Below, one piece after another: positions 13,013-25,000 of a stretch of DNA of 64,000 nt. The notes under the pieces were generated by a model, which worked only from the letters and a program-made list of their open reading frames with translations, searched no databases and was not told the DNA's origin. This DNA is from Paraspadella gotoi. Its lineage: Eukaryota; Animalia; Chaetognatha. The position numbers were made by a program, and so were the translations under genes. The stretch is taken from contig CM119265.1 of the NCBI GenBank assembly GCA_051294375.1, forward strand, positions 11,471,818 through 11,535,817, read 5' to 3'. Every line of letters starts with the position of its first letter. Position 1 is the first letter of the stretch.

Positions 13013-16000
13013 CAAGAGAGAGTTATAGAGCGCTTCCTCCGCCTCGTATGTGAGAGATGAACGACGTTTAACGCTATCAAGGTGATCCACTCGAGACTTG
13101 ACGCGGGGCAGCGTCATGGCCGACGAGAGGCGAGTGCAATAGGGCTTCAACGTTAAGGCCGCCTCCGGAAATTGCTCTTCCATGTTGATGTACTAGAAAA
13201 TAGAGGGAAACTGTTATATATGTATGTACCCCCCCTACAAACAAAATTCGATCACAACCCACCTTCAGAGTGTTCACCCCTTTGGCTTGGACAGAGAGCC
13301 ACACTGAACTGAAAAAGTCCTTGCCCCTTTTGTCGGCGCTGTCCAGAATTTGCGGGCAGCGGCGTGAAGAGGGCGGCTTCATCGCCAAGCCCCGCGCCTC
13401 CGTGGGAATTAGGGTAATGGGGTCGGAAGGAATATTGACTTCTTCAGAAAGAGGAGTGGCTGAAGAAAGAGTTGAGACTTGTATTTTTTTAAGAAAGCAG
13501 CCGATCAAAACCTCCCGGCTGCCAACTTACTTGCTCTCGTCGCGAGTCTGGTCGAAGTGGATTCCGCACCCTCGCCGACCGCATGAACGTGTCCCACGAC
13601 GGGTTCAAGCTCAAGCTCCGCCGTTCTCCCCAGTTCGGGCGTTGCCGTCTCCGGCACGACCTTGGCCACACTGGGCGAGGAGGGCCCTTTGGCCGTGGCA
13701 CTCTGCGGGTCTAGCTTCAAAGAGATCTCAGCGTTCTGTATCAAGTGAAGCTCTTCGCGACCCTCGGCCGCCAGTTGACGGACAAGAGGTAACGGCGCGC
13801 GAGTGCAGCCGTGAGAGAACGATCCGTCGCCGAAGGCAAAACAGGCTGAGATATTGATTGCGATGCAACAATGAATATCGAAATATACAAAACTGTTGTG
13901 TTTTGAAGAATTGACTAAATCTACTTAATCTTTAAATACCGGTATCGCCAGGCAAATTCGACTCGGCTTCCTCATCGGAGAAAAATACGAGACGGAAATC
14001 GATGCGATTTTCGTTTTCCTTGCCCGTCGTTCCATACACTGCCGGCGCCGATTTTTCACCCGACGCCGCTTTATGCACCGACGTCGTCTTTTCGCCTGGC
14101 GTCGCGTTTCCCCGTTCAAAACCAATGCGAACGGTGAGTCCATGCGGAAGCTTTCTCGGGTGCAGCAAGAGCCTGAGAAATGTGCGTCCGGTTTACAAGA
14201 AACGTAAAGCAGTGCGAGTTGCAAATAATACTACCCTCATTCGCAATTTAGTTACCTGTTGCATTCGGAGTCCATACAAAACCAATCCTTTCTCAGTCTG
14301 GAGTGGACTTTTTCCGGGTTCTGATCCAAGTAATCCAAAGCGTAATGTCGCGGGTACCACTTCTCCGACTTTTCCGTGACGTATTTGCGTTTTTCGTGGT
14401 TGACGTCGCCACACGATTGGTCAGACGCAGAACAGGCGGAAATTCCCGATTGGCTCTTTAACCAACAACGACGTTGGATTTTGTCGTTAAACTCGACGCT
14501 TTTGCAATCGAAGAAATCTTCTGAGTAGTGAGGCGCCGGGGCGGGCTTCGTTCGCTGTCAAGAAGAAGTAAAATTAAAAGTTTACACACGCAATAATAAT
14601 CAAGACTAATTAAATTTGAGACCGTGAAATACGTTTACGACACAATGAAAAATAACGTGGCGTTATTGTTCGTGCTGATTTTGTCCCTTTAAAATTGTTT
14701 CTGAGCCAAATTAATTGATTATTACTTTTGGTAATATGTGCGATATACACTACTGGACATTACTGTGTCTGACCATAACCTTGACCATCAACAAAAAAGC
14801 TAACTAGATGAAAAAATAAAAAAAGATGAAGCAAATAGTCTCGAAACGCTTACAAAATTTTAGACCATTGCTTTTATAAATGCAAAAAAAATATTAATAT
14901 TATTAAAACAAAACTTTAACGATAATCAAATAGTTAACCGAGACCAAGATGAATATTTTTTACCCATTATTTCCTCAATTTATATGAATCATATGTTTGT
15001 AATTAGTCAATTAATCTAAATAACAATATGACAAATTCATTTTCATTTTTTTTATGAATGGGAAGTTTTCTCTGCTTACTCCCCTTGTGTCTAATTATCT
15101 AATATTTTAGAGGTATTTCCAAAAACCTTATATATTACTATATTTTTCACTTTTTTTCTATTCTTTCAAACAAAAACAACATCATAAAAACATTTTAAAT
15201 TAATAAAAAAAAATTGATTGAATGATTTTGGAAAAAAAAATATTTTGAAACTTGAGAATAATGGATTTCGAGATAGGAAACAAATTTTTCAATTCTAAAA
15301 AAATCAGCCTCTAGCCTTTCAATTTTCTAGAGGCTGATTTTTTTATTTTTTTGATATTTTGATTTTCTATGCAAAACCATTATTCTCAATGAGCATAGGT
15401 CAGAGGAAATTTTTTTCCAACAATTTGAAAAAATTTCTACTTTTTTAATTAGGCTTTTTTGGGGGAAATAAAATCAATTATTATACGATGGGTACATCTG
15501 AAAGTGATATGTCTCTAAATGACAAAAAAAATTTCTTCAAGTTTTATTTTAAAATTTAAGTATTGTATCAATAGAAAAAAAGTGAGATACTCCCGCTTTG
15601 CCAAAATTTTTATTTAACAAAGATTTGTACTGCGTAATTTGAAAAAAGTTATTTTTTTAAATAACTTTTTAAAAAAAAGAGCTAGCAAATGGGTGTGGTA
15701 TCAAATTAAAGCCCTAATCATGGGACACCTTTCTAAAAAAGTTTTATTAAATTAAATCCATAAATCTTTACACAGCTTTTGTTTAAATCAGAGTTTAAAA
15801 GTATAACAGTATTTTGCTTTAAAAATTTCAATGAAGGCATATTAATTTTTTTTATTTTTTTTTGTAATTTGAAAAATGAAAGACTGAATTACATTTTGAT
15901 TATTATTAAATTTTCTTATTCCATAAAACTGCTTATATTTTTAAGTTAAGTAAAAAACAAGCAAAAATTTATGTTTTAGCTTGATAAAATGTTTTTTTAA

Positions 16001-19000
16001 ATATTAAAATGATAAATACAAAAATGTTTTCAGCTTGATATAAACAGTCTGGACATCTACCTTCTTGTCTGTGAAAAAAAATATGGAATTTTTCATTATC
16101 TGCAAACTAAAAGCTTGACACACTGCTTGTTTATCATAATAAAGTTTTAAAAATTATATAACTGGCAATATATTTGACAAAGCAAGACATCATTGTGTTG
16201 ATAATTTCTTTTAAATATAGCAAGGAATTTAATTCTATTATTTATCATCCATTTTAATTAAGAAAAAATATTTTCATAAATAGCCCATTAGAAAGGGTTC
16301 ATTGACTGACTTAATGATTAAATTTTTGAGATATCTTTACTGCCTCCATTTCACAAGATATAAAAGGTCATGGTTATCATGTCAGTAAGTCCAGATTATC
16401 TGTACCCTTTATACAACCTGCATTCTGAATTTTCTTTTTTTCCCTTTTAAATGTATTAAATAAAAAAATTATTTGAGAGAACAATCGGCGTGGAGGATGC
16501 CATTGGTAAACCTTAGGTACCCCACTTCCCGATCGAATTTTTAAATGAGGTTTTTTTTCCATCTGAGACATAACACTAACTATTGGTACTATTATTTTTT
16601 TTCTTTTTTTCTATTACAATTCTAGGAATAAATATGAATAAGTAACTTTTTAAAAAAATTTATCATCTTTCACCCTATATTCGGTCATATCTAAAAAACA
16701 AAAAAAGATTTTGCATTGATATTTTGGCTATTGACATAAGAAACTATAACATTTCAAAAAATAAAAAGAAATATAATAATATTGAACAGTGAATTTTTTT
16801 TATGCACGGAACAGTAACGTTACGCCATTTTTCATTGTGTCTTACCGAGACGCAAGGGCCGATTGGGCCGTTTTCGTCCACCTCGGCTTCATTTTCTTTG
16901 TACTTGAGAAAACAGAAAAGCATCCGGAAAAATCGAAACGTCTGAAAAAAAAGGAAAAAAATCTTAAATTTTAAAGTAGGGATCTCGCCAGATCTCTCTT
17001 TCTATCAAAGAAAATTAATGAAAAAATTCGGGAAAAAAAACGAATGATTGATACGATAACAAATTATTGATGTGAAAGTTATTGATTGATTGATGTAATA
17101 GTAATAGATCGAAAGATGTAATAGTAATTGATTGAATGATGTAATAGTAATTGATGATTGATGTAATAGTAATTGATTATTGAATATTGATGTAATAGTA
17201 ATTGATTATTGATGCGATGATAACCAAATGATTGATGCGATGATAACCAAATGATTGATGCGATGATAACCAAATGATTGATGTGATGATAACCAAATGA
17301 TTGATGTGATGATAACCAAATGATTGATGCGATGATAACCTAATGATTGATGCGATGATAACCAAATAATGGATGCGATGATAACCAAATGATGGATGCG
17401 ACGATAGTCATTCATAGATGCGATAATAATCATTCATCATAAATAAAAACAAACAAATGCGTGTATGAGTGAGACAGAGAGAGAGAAAGAGAAAAAAAGA
17501 TAGAGAGAAGCTGGACAGCCGCTGCAGAGCTTAACTCGTTTTTAGACGAATCAGATAGGGCTGCGCAATGCGCATCGTTCGAATCGAAGTTTCGATCAAG
17601 ATTTCTTTATATTTTACTTCTATTCAAAACTGCATAGTCAGGCACCAACAAATTATATCAATATGGGCAGATTTTGAAAGTGTGGCGTCTTGGGAAGCCA
17701 ACAGAGGTAGAGCACGATCGAAATTCCAATTTTATCATGTCCAAAAATGGTATTTAAATAAACTAGTCAGGCCGTTTTTTCTATTTTCCCAAAAAACCTG
17801 CTAGTTCTTTTGTAAAATAGAACAAATCATACATATCAGTACGGTTTCGGATAGCTTATTGTCTTCTCTACAAGATAAAAAAAAAAGTTTAAATTCTTGC
17901 AATCTTGAATGCTTGATAAAGCAATAAAATGAACTGGTTTTTTAGGTGAAAACTGCATAGTCAAGCCTTCATTTTTGGAATCGTCCGAGTAGAAATAAGT
18001 TTAAATGGAAAAAACAAAATACCTGTTTTACTAATTGATTATGCTTCTTTTTATATTAAATGTAAATAGACCTCCCAAAATTATCTCATATTTAAAAAGT
18101 TGTTGATTCTTGCAAAGTTTCTTATTCAACTTTTAGTGAAACAAGTTTGAGCAAACAATGTCGGATCTGCCAACGATCATTATCGGTTATTAAATATTTA
18201 ATAATTAATTAATAAATTCAAAATAATTAATTAATCAATTAACTTGATCCGAAATGTTTGTTTTGATTGATTAATTGACTGATTAATTATTTTTTTAATT
18301 TATACATTTTGCATTTACATTTAATATATCGTGGATTTCTTTTCTTCGTTGTGGTTGCGTATTGGAAGACGTTTTTAATGTTTTTCTACATACAAGCCTT
18401 CTTCAGCGTTAACAAACTGTTTTGTGAATTTTGAAATTATTTTTCTCCCTTTCACCATTTAATTTCTTTTCACAATCTAACTCAATCTGTCCTCATCTTC
18501 ACCTGTCCTCACATCTGACCACTATTCTTTTCTCATCTCATTGTTGGAAACTTTGCCCTCTCTCTCTATTTTTCTCTCTTTCTCTCTCTCTCTATTCACA
18601 CTTCCCTAACCACATACCAAATTTCATTCCAATCCATCCATCCAATCACAAGAAATTGGTGTTTTTTGTTAAGGTAGGATGGACGGATGGACGGACGGAC
18701 ATCATTTTTTTTGCATAATTTAACATAATTCTATGTTCTAACATGAAATAAGTTAATGCTCGACAAGATTGAGGGGGCGGACCGACGGACCGACAAAGTG
18801 AATTATAAAGTCGAGATCTGCTTATAAGCAGATCCAACTAAAATCCTAATATTGAAGAGGCTGGTTTTACAGGGCGTCACACCCGCAGCGGTGTCACCTC
18901 GTGGCGACAGCGAGACAGCATGTTTATGTAGTCAAGAGCTTTGGATCTGGTAGTAGGCCCATGCCTACAGGCGGGTTACCCGGTCCATCCCACTTTCTAC

Positions 19001-22000
19001 ATGACAACCTCAGGGCTCGAACCAGGGACGCACATTGGGATGGTGCATTAGTCCACTGAGCCACTGAGGCGCTGCGAAAGCAACAGCTTTAATCTATCTG
19101 TGGTGATAGGACCACCAGACAGCCGCCCCCAGGACTCTCACATATGAGAGTACGAAGTAGGGGGATGAAGCGCATGTCTCTCCGCTGAACCTCTCTTCAT
19201 TCTGGTGGCCTTGCTTTGAGTGGCAGCTGTGTAGGCTCAAACCACATCAAGGGCAGAGGAGTATTATCATGCCAGGGTTGTGTGTTCGTATCACGTCGGG
19301 CTCACCATTGAGGCTGGTTTTACAGGGTGCCACACCCGCAGCGGTGTCACCTCGTGGCGACAGCGAGACAGCATGTTCATGTAGTCCAGAGCTTTGGATC
19401 TGGCAGTAGGCCCATGCCTACAGGCGGGTTACCAGGTCCATCCCACTTTCTTCATGACAACCTCAGGGCTCGAACCAGGGACGCACATTGGGATGGTGCA
19501 TTAGTCCACTGAGCCACTGAGGCGCTGCGAAAGCAACAGCTTTAATCTATCTGTGGTGATAGGACCACCAGAATATTACCATAAAAAAATTTATGGATTT
19601 TCATCGCCACTTTACGTGGCGCACCACTTCCGGTTTAAGCTTTAATTTCAGGCCCTCATCGGCGTTTTAAAATTTGTAAAATTATTTTGTAAAAATTTTG
19701 TGCAAAAGAAGAGGGAGAGAGGATAGTAAGAGAGGGAGAGAGAAAGAGAGTGTAAAGGTTTTCCAACACAGAGTTGAGAAAAAGATAGTGGCCTGAGGTG
19801 ATGAGAGGCTGATGTTAAAATATTTTAATATTTTCTATGCCAGCGCGAAATCGAACGTTTGTAGTTTGAAATTTCGCCCGAAACTAATTGCTTAACATGA
19901 GTTCATGAGAGAAAAGTCATTTATTTAAGAAAAATTCCTCAGAAACTCGTAAAGACAGAGTTTCCTCCGGGCGAAACACATTCAATGAGTTTTAAAACGA
20001 AACTATCTTCATATCAAAAATCTCTCTCGGAATACGAGCCTATGAAAAATATGAGGGACCGAAAAACAGACCTTAGAATTGGCCAAACGACCATAAAAAG
20101 AGAGGCAAGGCGTGACATCTTTATCAGATAGATATAGTAAATTTTGAAAAGAAGTGAAAAAAGGTAAGCGAGAGAGCAGGTGATTAACTAATATATTTAT
20201 GCAATAGAGAGAAGGAAAATGAAATTTTAAAAATACATTAGTGAAGGATGGCTAAGTGATACACAATCAAGGGGGGCCAGCTTATTTTAAGCTCTATCCT
20301 ATTTCTTAAACTTTCCCTTTTTCATGCACTTAGCTATCCCTCTCATATGTTTTTCGGGTCGGGGGGTGGTCAGCCTACGCGCAGCCCTGTGAGGATTTTT
20401 TCAGTGATTTTTTAAAACAAATTCTTAAATTATATATTTTTTAATATTTATCAAATATTTTTTTATAATATTGATTAAATATTTTTTTAAATATTTTCTT
20501 TAGATGCTGGACAGTAAAAAACTACCTCATATTTATAGCTCCAGAGCTTTTATAATGCAGTAATCAGTATTTTTAAAATTATCTACTTACCTTGTTCATA
20601 TTACTTTTTGAATTTATTTAATAATAAATTATTGAATAAATAGCAACCATTTTGTTCTGGCTTAATAATTCAATCGCTCACAATTTCAAATAATACAATT
20701 TAAATATGAAATTAATTAGCATATTTTTATCAATTTTTATTTGTTTATTTCTTTATATTAATTAATACACTTATTTTATACAAATTAAAATTAAAATAAT
20801 TTATATCTATTTAAAATATTTTTTATATAATTTTTTTAATAAAATTTATTTTAAAATAAAAAAAATTATCTAAAAATTATAAAAGTGAGAAATGAGGACT
20901 CTATGGTGGATTAAAATCCACCAACCGTTCATCAGCGGCCATTGGTGCCGGAGGCAAGTCATTCGCCTCCCAACCCAAAGGTCCGGGGTTCTAGCCCGGT
21001 GGCCGCCTAGCAGTTAAGAGGGACGGGGCGCTTAACCCGCCTGTAACACTCATTTAAATTAAATGTTTTACAAATAAAAATTGAATTCAAAGTATAGTAT
21101 CATAATGGTAAGAACTTATCTTTAATATTGTTATCTCAGAAATACATTTAATAACACAGTTCCGCACAATATGTAAATGTAGGAGTACCATTGGGACACA
21201 CTGTAGTAAAACAGCGAGATGACGACGACGACGACAACAACGCTACGGTCAAAGAAGCAGAAACGAATTCATAATCTCGCCCAAGTCGGGCTTTCGCCCG
21301 TCTTGCGAGATAAAAAAAATACAGTAAAAGGATTCGAGAATAATTAATTATTTCGACTTAATTGTTAATTGTTACCTGCGCAGACGATGGATTCAACCGG
21401 AGGCTTCGACGATAGTGACTCATTGCACCTGTGAAATTCCCGTTTAAAGATCTGAAAAGTATTATTATATAACGGTGATTAACGGTGATCTCGCACTGAC
21501 TCAACGCGCTCAGAACTTACTTAAGATTCCCCAGCAGGAAATGGGTTAGGGCTTCGGATTCGTCGTACTTTAGAGCGACCTCTGCGACGGCTTGTGCAGA
21601 TTCCAGGTGACCCTAAGTGACAAAGTGGGACATTCTGGGTCATCTTAACCGAAAGAACATTTATTGCTTTTCAAACTCATTTGTCGCACCCTTCGATGAA
21701 GAAGCGAAGCCAGCGCCACAAGAGGGACGTCGCGGAAACGCGCCGGAGTCCTTCGCGCGGCTTTGACGACACAAACGTGGGCGTTGAAGGCGGAACCGGT
21801 TACGCGCCAGTAGGCAGAAGCCGCCATGAGGGCGATCCAGCGCCGAGAGCCTGAAGCGTCGGAGAGGGATCGATGAAGGGGCGACGCCATGCGCTGAACT
21901 GAGTCGGCGGCGCACGGAGGGTCGCAAAGACGGACGAGGACTTGGAGGAGACCGGGTTCTTCCAAGAAGGGCACGATTACTTTGTCCCTTTTAGAAGGGA

Positions 22001-25000
22001 AATTCATCATTAAGTTGGGTCGTGTGATAAAATAACGTACATAAAATAATCTTAGTTACATCATTAAGTAAGGAGAATTTATAATAACCCTCGCGCTCAC
22101 TTAAACAGAGGTACGTCAATGCCCTTCAAATCTTCCCGCATCCACGAAGGGTACGAGTAATCGTCGTCGTCATCGTCGCAATAAGGCAAACTGTTCGAAG
22201 GCTCCGACTCTGCGGAAAATATAGACGAGACGTCGAGGCCCTTGTCGGCTGGAGACAAGAAGGGCGTCGGGTAGGCGGCCCAATGACAGGGATACGTCTG
22301 CTAGAAAGAACGGTCGAGTAAGTCTTCAAAAATGAGAGAATATCATGCAAAAAGACGAGGGCCTCACCTTTAACGCCCGGTCGCACTCCGTCTCCAAAGG
22401 CCAGTCAGAATCATCGAGGAGAGGAGCAACGGATCGAATCCGCTCCACGTATAACGCCGGGTGCTGCGTGTTGGCGAAGTCTCCGTCGCGGAAGTGACTC
22501 AGATCCACGAAAAAATTGGAGATGTTGGAGGAAGAGGAGGGGCTTAGGGAGGAAGCGGCCAGTGTCTGGTTGAGCACTCGAAGCAAAGGCACATGCAGCG
22601 AGTTGAGCGTTTCCCATGAATGCGCCATCGCAGTGCGGTCGGGAACGGCGTTGTCGTGCCTGCTCGAGAGAGGGCCCCGCTTTCTTAATGAAACGACCGT
22701 TTGAAAAATTCCGGCCCTTTCGCGTCTTCTTTACCTGAACGTGCACCAAACAAAGGTTCCTTTGCCGTCGCCCGAGTCGACGACGACGCAATCGTCGACA
22801 CGATTCGCCAAGTCCATCTTCAACTTGTTTTCCTCCCATGCGATTCGTCGTTCTATCTTCCCATCGATCGCAGCCTGTTCGCTAACGAGCCTCTCATTCT
22901 GTTGCTGCCACTGCTCGTGTCGTTTCTGATATTCCTTGAGATCTTCGAGTGTCTTTTGCAACGACGCGTGCTGACTCTCCAGAGCGCGCTCGAGTTTCTT
23001 GTGGCAGAGCACCGCCCGCCATTTCGCGATCGCCGACTCGGGTTCCGACTGGAGAGCGATGGCATTCTCGTAGCAGATGGAAGATTTGTTGTAGTCACCA
23101 AGGACAGCGTAGATGTTGCCCAAAGTGTAATGATGAGTGGGGTGGCTCTAAAAGAAGAAAGGATTAAGTTATACTAGATGATCGAGATGCTTTAGGCCAA
23201 GGACAGCGAACAACCTTGGCGACGTCGAGGGCGGCGTGAAGCAAGATGGCGGCTTCTGAAGAGTAGCGGGCGCGGTGGAGGACGTTGGCGAGACTAAGTA
23301 GCGCCACGTCCTTGTGGCGGCGAGGTGAAAAATGAAGGGCGCGTCTCAAGCATTCGATCGCCTCTTCCGAATTGCCTGGCGAGATTGGAAAACGACGGTT
23401 CAAGAATAGTTGAATGAGACTTGATTTGTGGGAGTTCTCTTTTCTTCCCCCACCCTTTATTCTTTATCTACTCTTTGTTACCACTCTCAGTCTCTCGTTC
23501 AAAGATTAAGATTTGATTTGGTCTTTTCATGCCAATAACATAAAAGAAAACACAAATTATTTTTGGAAGTAACATAATATTTATTTTTATTTTTAAAATA
23601 AGCACTGATCTTCAGAGACTTCTGTCTCCATCAAAGGTGCACAACAGAAGTCTCTGAAGATCAGTGCATATTTTAAAAATAAAAATAAATATTATGTTAC
23701 TTCCAGAAATAATTTGTTTTTTCTTTTATGTTATTGGCATGAAAAGACCAAATCAAACTATTAACTACTAAATCTGCCAAAATCATGACTCTGAAACAAA
23801 TAAATAAAGATTAAGATATAAAATTTTAATTGAACTTCAATGCCGACCTTTCACGCGCCAAAAAAAGGCGGCCATGTTGTAAAGCACCCAGGACGTTTGA
23901 TTCTTGTTCAATGCCTTGTACACTCTGTGACCGTAGTCTTCAAGAGACTGTCCCCTTCCGACGACCTGATAAAGAATCTGGGGTTCCGGCGAGCTGGGCA
24001 CTTGGTTGCGAAGGGCGATGCCTTCGAGATGTTCGAAGGAGTGAATGCTGAAGTCGAGGGGAAGATCGACGCAGGACGGATGCTGAAACAAATAAATTAC
24101 TGAACCAATTAAAGAAAAAAATCTTAAAAGCAATTGCATAAGAAAAATCTGGATTGACGACAAATTTTGATACTAAAAAAATGAATTTTGAAAAAAAAAA
24201 AATTTATAAACAGAAAGAAAAAGAAGAAAAGAATAAATAAAGAATAGAAAGGAAAGAAACAATAGAAAAAAAAAGAATAGAAAGAAAGGAAAGAAAGAAT
24301 AGAAAGGAAAAAAAAAAAAAAAGAAAAGAAAGAATAGAAAGGAAAGAAAGAAGTTAATAGAAAGGAAAGAAAAGAATAGAAAGGGGAAAAAAGGAAAATT
24401 AATTTATAAACAGAAAGAAAAATTCTATTTTGCGATTGTCAATTTACAGTTAGTTTCTGAAAAAAAAAAAAAAACTTTTTCATTGTCAAAAGAATAAATA
24501 TAAAACAGTAAAATAACTTATTTCGAGTTTAATTTTTAGCAAGTGCTAGACTGGAGTAACATTATTGAAGGTACTTTTGTTTTACTTTAAGCACGCATAA
24601 ATGCGACCTCTCTAAACACTGTCAGCATTCCCAGACAAAAGACAAAGTGAAACTTGAATCAGACTGACGAAGTGAAGTAAAGACTAAAGTGAAATAAAAA
24701 CCCGATGTTACTATAGCAAAATGATAACATGCACGAATGCGATGCCTAATTTTACGAGTTCAATCCCAATTCAATTTTTTTTTTAAATAAAAACACAGAG
24801 AGAGAGAGAGAAAAAAAAAGAAAGAAATAAAATGGCAGCAGCAGAAGCAGCAGGAGAAAAGAGAGAAAAAGAGAGAGCCCCTGCAGAGCCAGCTGCAGAC
24901 TCAAAAGGCAGCAGCAAAAGCAGCAGGAGAAAATAAAGAAAAAGAATAAGCCCCTGCAGAGCCAGCTGCAGACTCGTTTTTTTTCTCTATGATTATAAAT

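Larger units (their letters stand above)
18854..19571 (-). mobile_element. Complete non-autonomous mini LTR element (TRIM-like, family A) with a twister ribozyme in each LTR
   Basis: Direct repeats of about 263 bp (19309-19572 and 18857-19121). PBS TGGTGAGCCCGACGTGAT right after the 5' LTR and G-rich GGGGGCGGC before the 3' LTR. AATATT repeated at both flanks (18848-18853, 19572-19577). No ORF. Confidence 0.85.

Noticed and set aside
13270-13857. 195-aa plus-strand ORF, and similar ORFs opposite HEATR1, TTC17 and the zinc-finger exons
   Set aside because: Antisense or alternate-frame shadows of GC-rich real exons.
17085-17420. Regular 23-bp repeats as a CRISPR array or repetitive protein
   Set aside because: Head-to-tail units without unique spacers in a eukaryotic intron. 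The ORFs are repeat translations.
19060-19090. CTGAGGC...GAAA as a hammerhead core, and CACCTCGTG as an HDV-like core, in the family A LTR
   Set aside because: No CUGANGA with flanking stems and no P1/P2 partners were found. The opposite strand fits twister much better.
20935-21006. Functional tRNA-Gly gene
   Set aside because: The D and anticodon arms do not pair properly, and the context matches the tRNA-like head of the LTR families.
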